This document shows, in pieces, positions 12,335-24,780 of a stretch of 64,000 bases of DNA. Where the stretch lies: assembly GCA_036785375.1 (NCBI GenBank), contig JAWMAR010000424.1, positions 620,001 through 684,000 on the forward strand, given 5' to 3'. Positions within the stretch are counted from its first letter, which is position 1. Each line of letters starts with the position of its first letter. Below the pieces are notes generated by a model, which saw only the letters and a list, made by a program, of their open reading frames with translations, did not search any database and was not told where the DNA came from. The stretch is from Leucoraja ocellata (taxonomy: Eukaryota). The translations under genes and the position numbers were made by a program.

Positions 12335-13473
12335 GCAGCTCGTTCCATATACACCTGTATGGAAAAAAGTTGTCCCTCGGGTTCCCTTTAAATCTTTCCC
12401 TTACTTATGTCCCCCGATTTTGTAATCCTATGGTATTAACCTGAAATTCAAAGCTCCTCTACTGGTATACTGGGTCAGGCTACATCTCTCGAAAACATGG
12501 ATAGGTGACATTTCAAATCGGGACTCTTCAAGTCTTGCATTTTAATGCGAGCAGTTTGGAACACAAAATCTAGACGTTTTGGAACAAAAATGAATTGTGC
12601 CGGGCATTCATTCTCAGTAGAGACCAGACACACCAAGTTGTGAAGCAGCGTTACAAAGCAAATTCATCAAATACATTTGAGAGTGTTGTCTGAAGCAAAA
12701 TATCCCGGATCCAATAGGGAATACTAGTTTTGCTTAGTTTAGAGATACAGCGTGGAAACCGACCCTTCGGCCCTCTGAGTCCATGTCAACCATGTACATT
12801 AGTTCTCTGTTAGACAAAACTCAGCGGGTGAGGCGGCATCTATGGAGCGAAGGAAATAGGCAACATTTTGGGCCAAAACCCTTCTTCAGACTGATGTGAG
12901 GGGGGGGGGGGGGGGAGAAGGGGAAGAAGAAAGGAAGAGGTGGAGCCAGTGGGCAGAGGGAGAGCTGAGAAGGGGAGGAAAAAGTAAAGACTACCTGAAA
13001 GCAGAGAAGTTAATGTTCATACCGCTGGTGTGCAAACTTCCCAAGCGAAATATGAGGTGCTGCTCATCCACAGATGGTCCTCACTCTGGCCATGGAGGAG
13101 GCCGTTCTCTATTATCCCAGTTTTGCATCCTGCACACAAGGGAGAATTTACAGAATCCAATTAACTCACAGTCCCGAACGACTTTGGCGTGTGGGAGGAA
13201 ACCGAATCACCCGGAGGAAACTCACGAGGTCACGGGGACAACGTACATACTCCGCACAATTAGCAACCGGAGTCAGGATCGAACCCAGGTTTAGATTACT
13301 TGATTGTCATTTGTACTGAGGTACATTGAAAAGCTTTTCTTTGTCTCTGGCATTGTGAGGCAGCAACTCTACCGCTGTGCTACTATGCTGCCTATGTCGT
13401 TGTTTTGGAAATAGTCTTGTGTAATGAATGTAGGTTTTTTTGCTAATAGTTATTAAAACTTTTTTTCTTACAG

Positions 13474-13590
13474 AGCCAGAAGTCGTTGTGCCAGGGGGAA
13501 TAATAACAGGCTGTGTTATTGGTAGTATACTGCTGTGTTCCTTGTTTATGATCGGAGGATTTTTAATGTATCTAAAGATTTTAAAAAAAG
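13474..13590 (+). CDS. Ig receptor exon b: transmembrane segment
   Basis: Acceptor ttttttcttacag|AG and donor AAAG|gtaaag, phase 1-1, 117 nt. Encodes EPEVVVPGGIITGCVIGSILLCSLFMIGGFLMYLKILKK, a hydrophobic helix followed by K..KK. Confidence 0.88.
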
Positions 13591-15155
13591 GTAAAGTTTC
13601 CTTCCCTGAACATTCAAAACAGTTTTGCCTAAGATCGTTTTTTGTGTTTGATATGGTATGGTATAGACTGCTTGCCTCCATCAGACACAACATTGAGTAT
13701 AAGAGGCAGGAAGTCATGTTGCAGCTTTATAGGACTTTAGTTAGGCCATATTTGGAGTAGTGCATGCAGTTATGCTCGCTACTTTACAAGAAGGATGTGG
13801 AGGCATGGGGAGAGATTTACCACAATGCTGCCTGGGTTAGAGGGTATTAAATACGGGAAAGATTGGACAAACTTGAGTGGTGAATCTCTGGAACTCTCTG
13901 CCACAGGTAGTTGAGGCCAGTTCTCTGGCTATATTTAAGAGTGAGTTAGATGTGGCCCTTGTGGCTAAAGGGATCAGGAGGTATGGCGAGAAGGCAGGTA
14001 CAGGATACTGATTTGGATGATCAGCCATGATCATATTGAATGGCGAATGGTGCAGGCTCGAAGGGCCGAATGGCCTACTCCTGCACCTATTTTCTATGTT
14101 TCTAAACTTTGATTATTTTCTCTAGAGTGAGGAAAAGGCTGAGGAAAGATCTGATAGAAATTATCAAATTATGCGAAGCATAGATAATCAGAATCTTATC
14201 CCTGGGGTGGAAATGTCAAAGACCAGAGGGCATAACTTTAAGATGAGAGGGGCAAAGTTTTATGGTTTTTTTACACAGAGGTGTGTTGGGGGTTGCCTGG
14301 AACATGCTGCGGAGGCAGAGCAGATTAATTTATGTTTGGCATGAGCATTGTGGGCTGAAGGGCCTGTTCCTGTGCTGTACTCTGTTCAATGTTCTATATT
14401 TCATGCATTTATTCACTTGACTGAATGTGAACTGTCAGATAGTTTTAGCTGATCTCCTGGAAAACATTAGTTAGATAGATAGAGTGGACGTGGAGAGGAT
14501 GGTTCCAGTAGTGGGAGAGTCTAGGACCAGAGGCCACAGCCTCAGAGTAAAAGGACGTTCCTTTAGAATGGAGATGAGAAAGAATTTCTTTAGCCAGAAG
14601 GGGGTGAATCTGTGGAATTAATTGCCACAGGCAGTTGTGGAGGCCAAATCATTGGGTATTTCTAAAGCCAAATAAATTGATAGGTTTTAAAGAATTGATA
14701 GGTTTGTGATTCCTTTCTAAAGGTAGGTACGTCCTTTTATTCTGAGGCTGTTCCCTCTGGTCCTAGACTCTCCCACTTGTGGAAGCATCCTCTCCACATC
14801 CATTCATTTCTATTAACGTCTAACTTTCATCGGCTGATCTTTCTTTGTTCTTGAGGTGCACCAGCATTTTTCACCTCTGCATTTCCAGTTCTTTTGTCCT
14901 TGCATCCTGATTTTGATTCATTTTTTCATATCCTTGGCCTTATTTTTGTCTCTGATCTACTTACTGATTCTCATGTTATTTATAAATGTGGAGATACCAA
15001 AAATGTAATGAGATATTGAGCCAGGTGTTCTTACATCCATATTTATTACAGTGGATGTTTTATGTAGATGAATGATGAATTTGTTCTGATACTTTTAAAG
15101 TGACATAAACCTCTTCCAAAAGAAGAATAACATCAAAATGCATTTATTTTTCTAG

Positions 15156-15569
15156 TACCTCCTAAAGTGTCTGAAATCGCCAAACCACCACACATTATAC
15201 ATTTGGAAGAAACTGTTCTGACTTGTCACATTTCAGGATATAAGCCTGCAGACATTTCGCTTTGTTGTTTTCTACAAAGAGAGGGAGGAAATAAAAGTGA
15301 GATTTTCCAATGGAGTTCTGCACCTGGCCACTCGCAAGCACCTGAAGCTATTGACCAGCAAAGTCTTATTTGCAACGGCGACTCTCCAAAGGAGTCTTTC
15401 AACATTGAGATGACAGCTGCTACACATGATGGCCGCTCCAGTGCAAAATGCAAAATTATATTCATCCCTGATATTGATAATGATGACGGAACTATCCTCT
15501 TTCTTCACGTTTTACATAGCACTCTTGGAAAGCCTATTATTAAATCCATCCAATTGAATGTTGAAGGAA
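15156..15569 (+). CDS. Ig receptor exon c: post-TM C1-like domain 1 (long insert; C-strand Trp and F-strand Cys absent)
   Basis: Acceptor tttttctag|TA and donor GGAA|gtaagt, phase 1-1, 414 nt. VPPKVSEI...LTCHISGYKP...FIPDIDNDDGTILFLHVLHSTL. Confidence 0.85.
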
Positions 15570-15582
15570 GTAAGTATACACT

Positions 15583-15895
15583 GCGGCACACGGTGCAGCA
15601 GGTAGAGCTGCTGCCTCACAGGGACAGAGGCTCGGAGTTTGACCTGGGGTGTTGTCTGTGTGGAGTTTGCACGTTCTCCTTGTGACTGCTGGGTTTTCTC
15701 CCGGTGCTCCAGTTTCATCCCATATTCCAAAGACGTGCGGGTTTGTAGGTTAATTGGCCTCTGTAAATTGCCCCTAGTGTTAAGGGAGTGGTTGAAAAAG
15801 TGGGATGACATAGAACTAGTGTGAACAGATGATCGATGGTTGCTGTGGGTTTTTTTTAATTGAAGGGTCTGTTTGCATGCTGTGTTTCTAAAGTA
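15583..15895 (+). mobile_element. tRNA-derived SINE with CR1-like tail (HE1/V-SINE-like); further copies near 13110-13390(-), 16030-16255(-), 17660-17870, 26418-26720, 33908-34210 and 59555-59770(-)
   Basis: A/B-box-like head ggcacacggtgcagcaggtagagctgctgcctcac, core gtctgtgtggagtttgcacgttctcc and tail gggcctgtttcc...ctaaa. Confidence 0.75.
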
Positions 15896-16901
15896 GACTA
15901 AATGATGTCAAGAAACCAATGATCTTTATTTGTTTATAAAAGCGTATTACTAAATCAATACCTCAGGTAAAATGTAGTTTAGCTGAGAGATACAGCATGG
16001 AAACAGGCGCTTCTACCCACCAAGTCCACACCAAACATCGATCACCTGTTCCACATTATTCCACTTCCGCACCTATTCCCTACACGCTGAGGGCATTAAC
16101 CTACAAACCCACACGTCTTTGGGATGTGGGAGGAAACTCACGCGGTCATAGGGAGAATGTGCAAACTCCACACAGACAGCACCGGAGGTCAGGATCGAAC
16201 CTGGATGTCCGGCTCTATGAGACAGCAGCTCTACCAGCTACGCCACTGTTCCGCCCAAAATTACTCTGTTTTAAATATATACTTTTAAGTTAGCCGTCCT
16301 TTCTGTAATTATATCTCACGAATAATCCAAAATACTATGCAGTAAATCTTACTAGTGTGTGTGGGTCTGTTAAAATGGCTGGATTGCAGTTACATCTCAA
16401 CTGTATTTGAGTATAGGAGCAGGGAGGTTCTACTGCAGTTGGACAAGGTCTTGGTGATACCACACCTGGAGTATTGCGTACAGTTTTGGTCTCCAAATCT
16501 GAGGAAAGGCATTCTTGCCATAGAGGGAGTGCAGAGAAGGTTCACCAGACTGATTCCTGGGATGTCAGGACTTTCATATATCTTTGGAATTCTCTGCCAC
16601 AGAAGGTAGTTGAGGCCAGTTCATTGGCTATATTTAAGAGGGAGTTAGATGTGGCCCTTGTGGCTAAGGGGATCAAGGGGTGTGGAGAGAAGGCAGGTAC
16701 AGGATACTGAGTTGGATGATCAGCCATGATCATATTGAATGGCGGTGCAGGCTCGAAGGGCCGAATGGCCTACTCCTGCACCTATTTTCTATGTTTCTAT
16801 GTAACTGCACTAGACAAAATAAACTCAGCAAGTTTTATACAATGCACTGTAAATTCATAAACCATGAAATCTCTCCTTTTTCCTTTCTCAAATAAAAACA
16901 G

Positions 16902-17288
16902 TTGCACCAAAGATGACGAATATTCTTGCTCCGCCTCACATTATTCATGAAGAGATGATTGTTCTGTCTTGTCCTATTGATGGATTTAAGCCAAGACCAC
17001 TGGCCATCACTTGGTACCAAAAACCCAACAGAGCAAACGAGAACATGGGATTGAAAGAAATTGTGAGAACTGTGTTTGGAAGCGAGGATGTTATTGCTGA
17101 TTGGGATCTGCCTAAATATTCCCACTCTCTAAATGAGTTGACCAATGAAGACAATACTTATAGTGTCACCAGTTTCCTAAAATTTACACCGACGATTCTC
17201 GCAGACCATGAAACAGTGTATGTTTGTGAAGTTGAACATCCAGCTACGGCTTCAAATACACAACGGCAGGTCAAACTTGACGTAAAAG
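16902..17288 (+). CDS. Ig receptor exon d: post-TM C1-set domain 2 (both cysteines kept)
   Basis: Pyrimidine tract plus aaaacag|TT acceptor and donor AAAG|gtacag, phase 1-1, 387 nt. LSCPIDGFKPRPLAITW...NEDNTYSVTSFL...YVCEVEHPA. Confidence 0.9.
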
Positions 17289-17869
17289 GTACAGTCTGAA
17301 TTTCTCTATTCCTATTATGGATTGTAAGATACAATAGGAGCAGGCTCTTCCCCTCAGCACGTACTCCTGCAGTCTGGAATGTGCCAGTGGCCATCTGCTG
17401 GGAGACCAACAAGTTTCGGGCAGACCAAATAATGTATTTTACCAAATCTATATGCAGGTTAGACCAGGCATCAGGATAATAATTCAGGTGAATGTGCTAC
17501 CAATGTCCACTCTGGCTTAATATCAACACTTTTTAATTACCCTTTCAAAGTAGGTGGTAACGTGGACAGTGAAGATGAATATCAAAAATCACATTTGGCT
17601 TTTGATCATCTGTGCAAGTGGGCTATGGAATAGCCAATGGAGTTTAATGCAGATCAATATAGTTTGTATGTTCTCCTTGTGACTGTGTGGGTTTTCTCTG
17701 GGTGCTCTGGTCTCCTACACTTCAAAGACCTACAGATGTGTAGGTTAGTTGGCTTTTGTAAATTGTAAATTGCCCCGTGTGGAGGATTGTGGTAGAGTAT
17801 GGGGCAATCGATGGTCGGCATGGACTCTGTTGGCTGAAGAGCCGGTTTCACTCTGTATCTCCAAAGTCT

Positions 17870-18590
17870 AAAGTGCCAGGTGCTGCATATTTGGTAAATC
17901 AAACCAAGGCAGAACCTTACAATGAATGGTAGGACCCTGGGAAATGTTGTAGAACAGAGGGACCTGGGAGTGCAGGTGCGTTGTTCCCTGAAAGTGGTGT
18001 CGAAGGTAGATAGGGTAATAAAGAAGGATTTTGGTACATTGGCCTTCATTTGTCATGGTATTGAGGATAGAAGTATGTTACAGTTGTACAAGATGTTGGC
18101 GAGGCAACATTTAGTTGTTCAGTTTTGGTCACCCTGCTATAGGAAGGATGTCACTAAGCTTCAAGGAGTGAAGAGAAGATGTATGTGGATGTTGCTGGGA
18201 CTTGAGGGCCTGAGCAAGAGGGAGAGTTTGAGCAGGTTAGAACTTTTTTTTGGAGCGCAGGTTGGCTGATCTTATAGAGGCGTCTTTTACACAGGATAGG
18301 GGAATCAACAAACTGGTGGCATAGGTTTAAAGTGAAAGGGGCAAGATTTAGTAGAAATCTGAGGGGAAATGTTTTCAATCAGAAGGTATTGGGTGTGTGG
18401 AAAGAGTGCCAGAGGAGGTAGTTGAGACGGGTACTATAACAACATTTTAAAGACTTGAACAGATAGATACATGGATCGGAAAGGTTTAAAGGGATATAAG
18501 CCAAATGTCTATAAATGGGATGAGCTGAGATGGGGCATCTTGGTTGTGGACAAGCTTGACTGAAGGGCCTATTTCCGTGTTATATGACTC
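17870..18590 (+). mobile_element. Old CR1 3' fragment
   Basis: Decayed RT C-terminus (QRDLGV...LQLYKML...QFWSP) and a CR1 tail. Confidence 0.75.
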
Positions 18591-18653
18591 GAACAAAAAT
18601 CCCTGCAGAATGTCTGAACCTTTCACAGCTTTTTCCTTCCCCTTTCTCTTCAG

Positions 18654-18965
18654 CAATCCCAGAATGTGAAGACATTAAGTTGTCGCCGGAAATCCCAATT
18701 GCAGAAGAATTTGCTGTTTCAACCTGCAGGATACATTCCTTCTTCCCAAAGAACATTACAGTTACTTGGAAAATGGATAACAAACTAATGCAGGAAACTA
18801 AAGCTGAAAATGAACCCACCTTGGGCCCCGATGGTCGTTATAGCTTCACAGATCTTCTGAAGTTCATCCCTGCGCGAGAAGACCTTGGAAAGATATTAAC
18901 CTGCAAATTCCAGCATGAAAGTATCATCGGCACAAAAAGAACTGACCATAAATTGGATAAACTGA
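18654..18965 (+). CDS. Ig receptor exon e: post-TM C1-set domain 3 (both cysteines kept)
   Basis: Acceptor tttctcttcag|CA and donor CTGA|gtaagg, phase 1-1, 312 nt. STCRIHSFFPKNITVTW...GPDGRYSFTDLL...LTCKFQHES. Confidence 0.9.
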
Positions 18966-19436
18966 GTAAGGGAATGTTTTATTTCTTTTTTATTTTGAAA
19001 GATTGAATATCGGAGTCCATTGTTGTTCATTTACCTAGAGTGATCGAGCATGGAAACAGGCCCTTCGGCCCAACTTGCCCACACCAGCCAACATGTCCCA
19101 GCTACACTAGTCCACCCCTGCTTGCATTTGGTCCATATCCCTCCAAACCTGTCCTAACCATGTACCTGTTTAACTGTTTCTTAAACATTGGGATAGTCCC
19201 AGCCTCGACTACCTCCTCTGGCAGCTCGTTCCACACACCCACCACCCTTTGTGTGAAAACGTAACCCCACAGATTTCTATCAAATCTTTTCCCCTTCACC
19301 TTCAACCTATGTCCTCTGGTCCTCGATTCACCTAATCTGGGCAAGAGACTCTGTGCATCTACCTGATCTATTCCTCTCATAATTTTATACACCTATATAA
19401 GATCACCCTTCACCGCCCCTGCACTTCAAGGTCCAA

Positions 19437-21955
19437 GTTATATAAAGGAGGATATATAGGAGGATAGTCAAATAAGAATATAAAGCAGGATAGTAAAAGC
19501 TTATTTAGGTATGTGAAGAGGAAAAAAGTACTTAAGACCAAAGTTGGACCCTTGAAGACTGAAAAAGGTGAATTTATTATGGGGAACAAGGAAATGGCAG
19601 ATGAGTTGAACAGGTACTTTGGATCCATCTTCACTAAGGAGGACACAAACAATCTTCCTGATATACTAGTGGCCAGAGGATTTGGAGTGACGGAGGAACT
19701 GAAGGAAATCCACATTAGGCAGGAAATGGTGTTGGGTAGACTGATGGGACTGAAGGCTGATAAATCCCCAGGGCCTGATGGTCTGCATCCCAGGGTACTT
19801 AAGGGAGTGGCTCTACAAATCGTGGATGCATGGTGATAATTTTCCAATGTTCTATAGATTCAGGATCAGTTCCTGTGGATTGGAGGGTAGCTAATGTTAT
19901 CCCACTTTTTAAGAAAGGAGGGAGAGGGAAAACAGGAAATTATAGGCCAGTTAGCCTGACATCGGTGGTGGGGAAGATGCTGGAGTCAAATATAAAAAAT
20001 GAAATACCGGCACATTTGGATAGCAGTAACAGAATCGGTCTGAGTCAGCATGGATTTACGAAGGCTTGACTAATGTTCTGGAATTTTTTGAGGATGTAAC
20101 TTGGAAAATGGACCAGTGGATGTAGTGTACCTGGACTTTCAGAAAGCATTTGATAAGGTCCCACATAGGAGATTAGTGGGTAAAATTAGGGCACATCGTA
20201 TTGGGGGTAGAGTGCTGACATGGATAGAAAATTGGTTGGCAGAGAGGAAACAAAGAGTAGGGATTAACGGGTCTCTTTAAGAATGGCAGGCAATGACTAG
20301 TGGAGTTCCGCAAGGTTCAGTGCTGAGATCGCAGCTATTTACAATTTCCATCAATGATTTAGATGAAGGGATTCAAAGTAACATTAGCAACTTTGCAGAT
20401 GACCCAAAGCTGGGTGGCAGTGTGAACTGTGAGTAGGATGCTATGAGAATGCAGGGTGACTTGGACGGAGTGGGCAGATGCAGATGAAGTTTAATGCGGA
20501 TAAATGGACGGAGTGGGCAGATGCATGGCAGATGAAGTTTAATGCGGATAAATGTGAGGTTATCCACTTTGGTAGCAAAAACAGGAAGGCCGATTATTAT
20601 CTAAATGGCGTCAAGTTGGGAAAAGGGGAAGTACAATGGGATCTGGGGGTCCTTGTTCATCAGTCAATGAAAGTAAGCATGCAGGCACAGAAGGCAGTGA
20701 AGAAAGTGAATTGCATGTTGGCCTTTATAACAAGAGGATTTGAGTATAGGAGCAAAGAGGTCCTTCTGCAGTTGTATAGGGCCCTAGTGCAACCACACCT
20801 GGAGTATTGTGTGCAGTTTTGGTCCCCTAATTTGAGGAAGGACATTCTTGCTATTGAGGGAGTGCAGCATAGGTTTACAAGGTTAATTCCCGGGATGGCA
20901 GGACTGTCATATGCTGAGAGAATGGAGCTGCTGGGCTTGTACACTCTGGAGTTTAGAAGGATGAGAGGATATCTTATTGAAACATATAAGATTGTTAAGG
21001 GTTTGGACACACTAGAGGCAGGAAACATGTTCCCGATGTTGGGGGAGTCCAGAACCAGGGGCCACAGTGACAATTAAACACTTTTTTTCACAGAGAGTTG
21101 TGAGTTTGTGGAATTCTCTGCCTCGGTGGATACTTTGGATAAGTTCTCTGGATACGGTGAATAGGTTCTCGGGATACTTTCAAGAGAGCTAGATAGGGCT
21201 CTTAAAAATATCGGAGTCGGGGGATATGGGGAGGGCAGGAACGGGGTAGTGATTGGGGATGATCAGCCATGATCACATTAAATGGCGGTGCTGGCTCGAA
21301 GGGCTGAATGGCCTACTCCTGCACCTATTGTCTGAGTTCCAATCTTAAATTGCAAGAATTAGTGACAAACACAAAGTGCTGGAGGAACTCAGTGGGGTGG
21401 GCAACACCTCTGGAGAAAATTGATGGGTGATGTTTTGGGTCGGGACCCATCTTCAGACCGTTCTTCAGTCCCAATCCAAAACGTCATCTATCCATGTTCT
21501 CCAGAGATGCTACCTGACCTGCTGAGTTATTACTGAATACTCTCTAGAATTTAGGAGATTGAGAGGGGATCTTATAGAAACTTACTAAATTCTTAAGGGG
21601 TTAGACAGGCTAGATGCAGGAAGATTGTTCCCGATGTTAGGGAAGTCCAGGACAAGGGGTCACAGCTTAAGGATAAGGGGGAAATCCTTTAAAACCGAGA
21701 TGAGAAGAACTTTTTTCACACAGAGAGTGGTGAATCTCTGGAACTCTCTGCCACAGAGGGTAGTTGAGGCCAGTTCATTGGCTATATTTAAGAGGGAGTT
21801 AGATGTGGCCCTTGTGGCTAAGGGGATCAGGGGGTATGGAGAGAAGGCAGGTACGGGATACTGAGTTGGATGATCAGCCATGATCATATTGAATGGCGGT
21901 GCAGGCTCGAAGGGCCGAATGGCCTACTCCTGCACCTATTTTCTATGTTTCTATG
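19437..21955 (+). mobile_element. CR1 LINE ORF2 remnants (5'-truncated copy 19437-21335 plus a second 3' end 21535-21955)
   Basis: KSPGPDGLHP, NYRPVSLTS, DFQKAFDKV, FADD and HLEYCVQFWSP. The second piece ends in a (ttctatgt)n tail. Confidence 0.9.
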
Positions 21956-22214
21956 TTACTGCCATTTAATTTGGCCATTCAGCCTATCAAGTCTACTTCA
22001 TCATCGATTCATAGTTGACCTATCTTTCCCCCTCAACCCCCTTCTCCTGCCTTCTCCCCATAACCCCCGACACCCGTACTAATCACCCCTGTCAACCCCC
22101 ACCTTAAAAATATCCATTGATTTGGCTTCCACAGCCTTTTGTGGCAATGAATTCCACAGATTTCACACACTCTGACTAAATAAATTCTTCCTCATCTCCT
22201 TTGAAAAGATACAT

Positions 22215-22429
22215 TGAAGTGTGATGATAATCCCGAAATGAAGGCGAGGAGCCCGGTGTTTCGGGAAGCATTTTATTTGCTGTCCTTCTCCTGACCAGAC
22301 AAGTCGGCAAGAGAGAGATTGCACCTAAATGTCCTTTATCCCTGTAGCTAAGGGCCGCCCCCGGACTCATCCATGCCCGTGCCGAGGAGTTCCATAGTGG
22401 AAATGGCCCGACTCTTGGGAGCCGCCACA
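22215..22429 (-). mobile_element. 215-bp solo LTR inserted in a CR1 fragment
   Basis: TG...CA ends, 4-bp TSD ACAT (22211-14 and 22430-33), AATAAA on the - strand. The flanks rejoin as CR1. Confidence 0.7.
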
Positions 22430-22605
22430 ACATCATTTTATTCTGAGGCTGTGGCCTGTGGTCGGAGAATCTCCCACTAGTAGAAACATCCTCTCCACAT
22501 TCACTCCATGTCGATTTTATGTCTATCTTTGGTATAAACCAGCATCTGCATTTGCTTTTGTATTACATTCTATCCAAGAGTTAATGTTGTTTTGTTTTTT
22601 TGCAG

Positions 22606-22929
22606 CGTCTCCACCGTTATTGGACGACATGAAAATTGAACCACAAAATCCCAAACCAGGAGATTTGACAACATTCTCGTGCCATGCACGTGGCTTCTAT
22701 CCAAAGGATGTTAAGTTCATGTGGTTCAAAAATGAGAAGATGATTGATGATAATGAGATCACTTTTACTGACCCAGAGATCGATAAAAACACTGGCTTCT
22801 TCTGCTGTGAAAGTCGGTGGAAGTATAAGATTTTACCTGATGACCATCAAATCAATTTCAAAGTTGAGGCTCTTCACTTTCAAACTGTTCATCGACCCGC
22901 TAAGGTCTTTCACACCTTACACCTTGGAG
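22606..22929 (+). CDS. Ig receptor exon f: post-TM C1-like domain 4 (F-strand Cys replaced by Val)
   Basis: Acceptor ttttttgcag|CG and donor GGAG|gtatgt, phase 1-1, 324 nt. FSCHARGFYPKDVKFMWFKN...TGFFCCESRW...FKVEALH. Confidence 0.9.
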
Positions 22930-23419
22930 GTATGTCATAGTCATACAGCCTGGAAACGGGCCCAGTTGCTCAACTTGTCCACACCGACCAACATGTCCCA
23001 TCTACACTAGTACCACCTGCTTACGTTTGGCCCATATCTCACTAAACCTGTCCTATCCAAGTACCTACCTAATTGTATACACCCACCACTCTTTGTGTGA
23101 GGAAGTTACCCCTCAGATTCATATTAAACCTTTCCCCCATTTACCTTGAATCTATGTCCCCTGGTTCTTGATTCCCTTTCTCTGGGCAAGCGACTGAGTC
23201 TACCTGCTCTATTCCTCTCATGATCTTGTCATGCGTTCATCATCTATTTTGTGGCTTGGACTAGTTTGGTTTCCCCGCCTTTTTCTTCTTCCTGTCTGAA
23301 GAAAGGTCCCAACTGTATATGATATTATGGAGACATATATAAAGTCGACAGTCAGAACCTTATTCCCCAGGGTGGAAATGCAAAGAATGCAAGGCATAGC
23401 TATGAATGTAGACACCAAG

Positions 23420-24730
23420 AAACTGTGGATAAGCTTTTCCCACTGAGAGTAGAGAAGATTCAAACTAGGGGGCATGACTTGAGAATTAAGGGACTGAAGT
23501 TTAGGGGTACCATGAGGGGGAACTTCTTTACTCAGAGAGTGGTGGCTGTGTGGAATGAGCTTCCAGTGGAAGTGGTGGAGGCAGGTTTGATTTTATCATT
23601 TAAAAATAAATTTGATAGATATATGGATGGGAAAGGAATGGAGGGTTATGGTCTGAGTGCAGGTAGATGGGACTAGGGGAGAATAAGTGTTCGGCATGGA
23701 CTAGAAGGGCCGAGATGGCCGATTAGGAAAAGGGGAGATGCAACGAGACCTGGGTGTCATGGTACACCAGTCATTGAAAGTAGGCATGCAGGTGCAGCAG
23801 GCAGTGAAGAAGGCGAATGGTATGTTAGCATTCATAACATAAGGACTTGAGTGTAGGAGCAGGGAGGTTCTACTGCAGTTGTACAGGGTCTTACTGAGAT
23901 CACACCTGGAGTATTGCGTACAGTTTTGGTCTCCTAATCTGAGGAAGGACATTCTTGCCATAGAGGGAGTGCAGAGAAGGTTCACCAGGCTGATTCCTGG
24001 GATGTCAGGACTTTCATATGAAGAGAGACTGGATAGATTTGGCTTGTACTCGCTAGAATTTAGAAGATTGGGGGGGGGGATCTTATAGAAACTTACAAAA
24101 ACAAGATGCAGGAAGATTGTTCCCGATGTTGGGGAAGTCCAGAACAAGGGGTCACAGTTTAAGGATAAGGGGGAAATCTTTTAGGACCAAGATGAGTGGT
24201 GAATCTTTGGAATTCTCTGCCACAGAATGTAGTTGAGGCCAGTTCATGGGCTATATTTAAGAGGGATGTGGCCCTTGTGGCTAAAGGGATCAGGGGGTAT
24301 GGAGAGAAGGCAAGTACAGGATACTGAGTTGGATGATCAGCCATGATCATGACTTCAGAATTAAGGGACAGAAGTTTAGGGGTAACATGAGGGGGAACTT
24401 CTTTACTCAGAGAGTGGTAGCGGTGTGGAATGAGCTTCCAGTGGAAGTGGTGTTGGCAGGTTCATTGGTATCATTTAAAAATAAATTGGATAAGCATATG
24501 GATGAGAAGGGAATGGAGGGTTATGGTATGAGTGCAGGCAGGTGGGACTAAGGGAAAAAAGTTGTTCGGCACGGACTTGTAGGGCCGAGATGGCCTGTTT
24601 CCGTGCTGTAATTGTTATATGGTTATATGATCATATTGAATGGCGGTGCAGGCTCGAAGGGCCGAATGGCCTACTGCTGCACCTATTTTCTTTGTTTCTA
24701 TGTTTCCGTGCTGTAATGGTTATATGGTTA
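23420..24730 (+). mobile_element. Nested 3' ends of two CR1 subfamilies (B containing A containing B)
   Basis: Alternating blocks with (ggttatat)n and (ttctatgt)n tails. The interrupted sequences resume at about 24630 and about 24701. Confidence 0.75.
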
Positions 24731-24780
24731 AGTCAATGTTCATACAACCATCCTACCAACAATTAGTGAGCATTCCTGAC

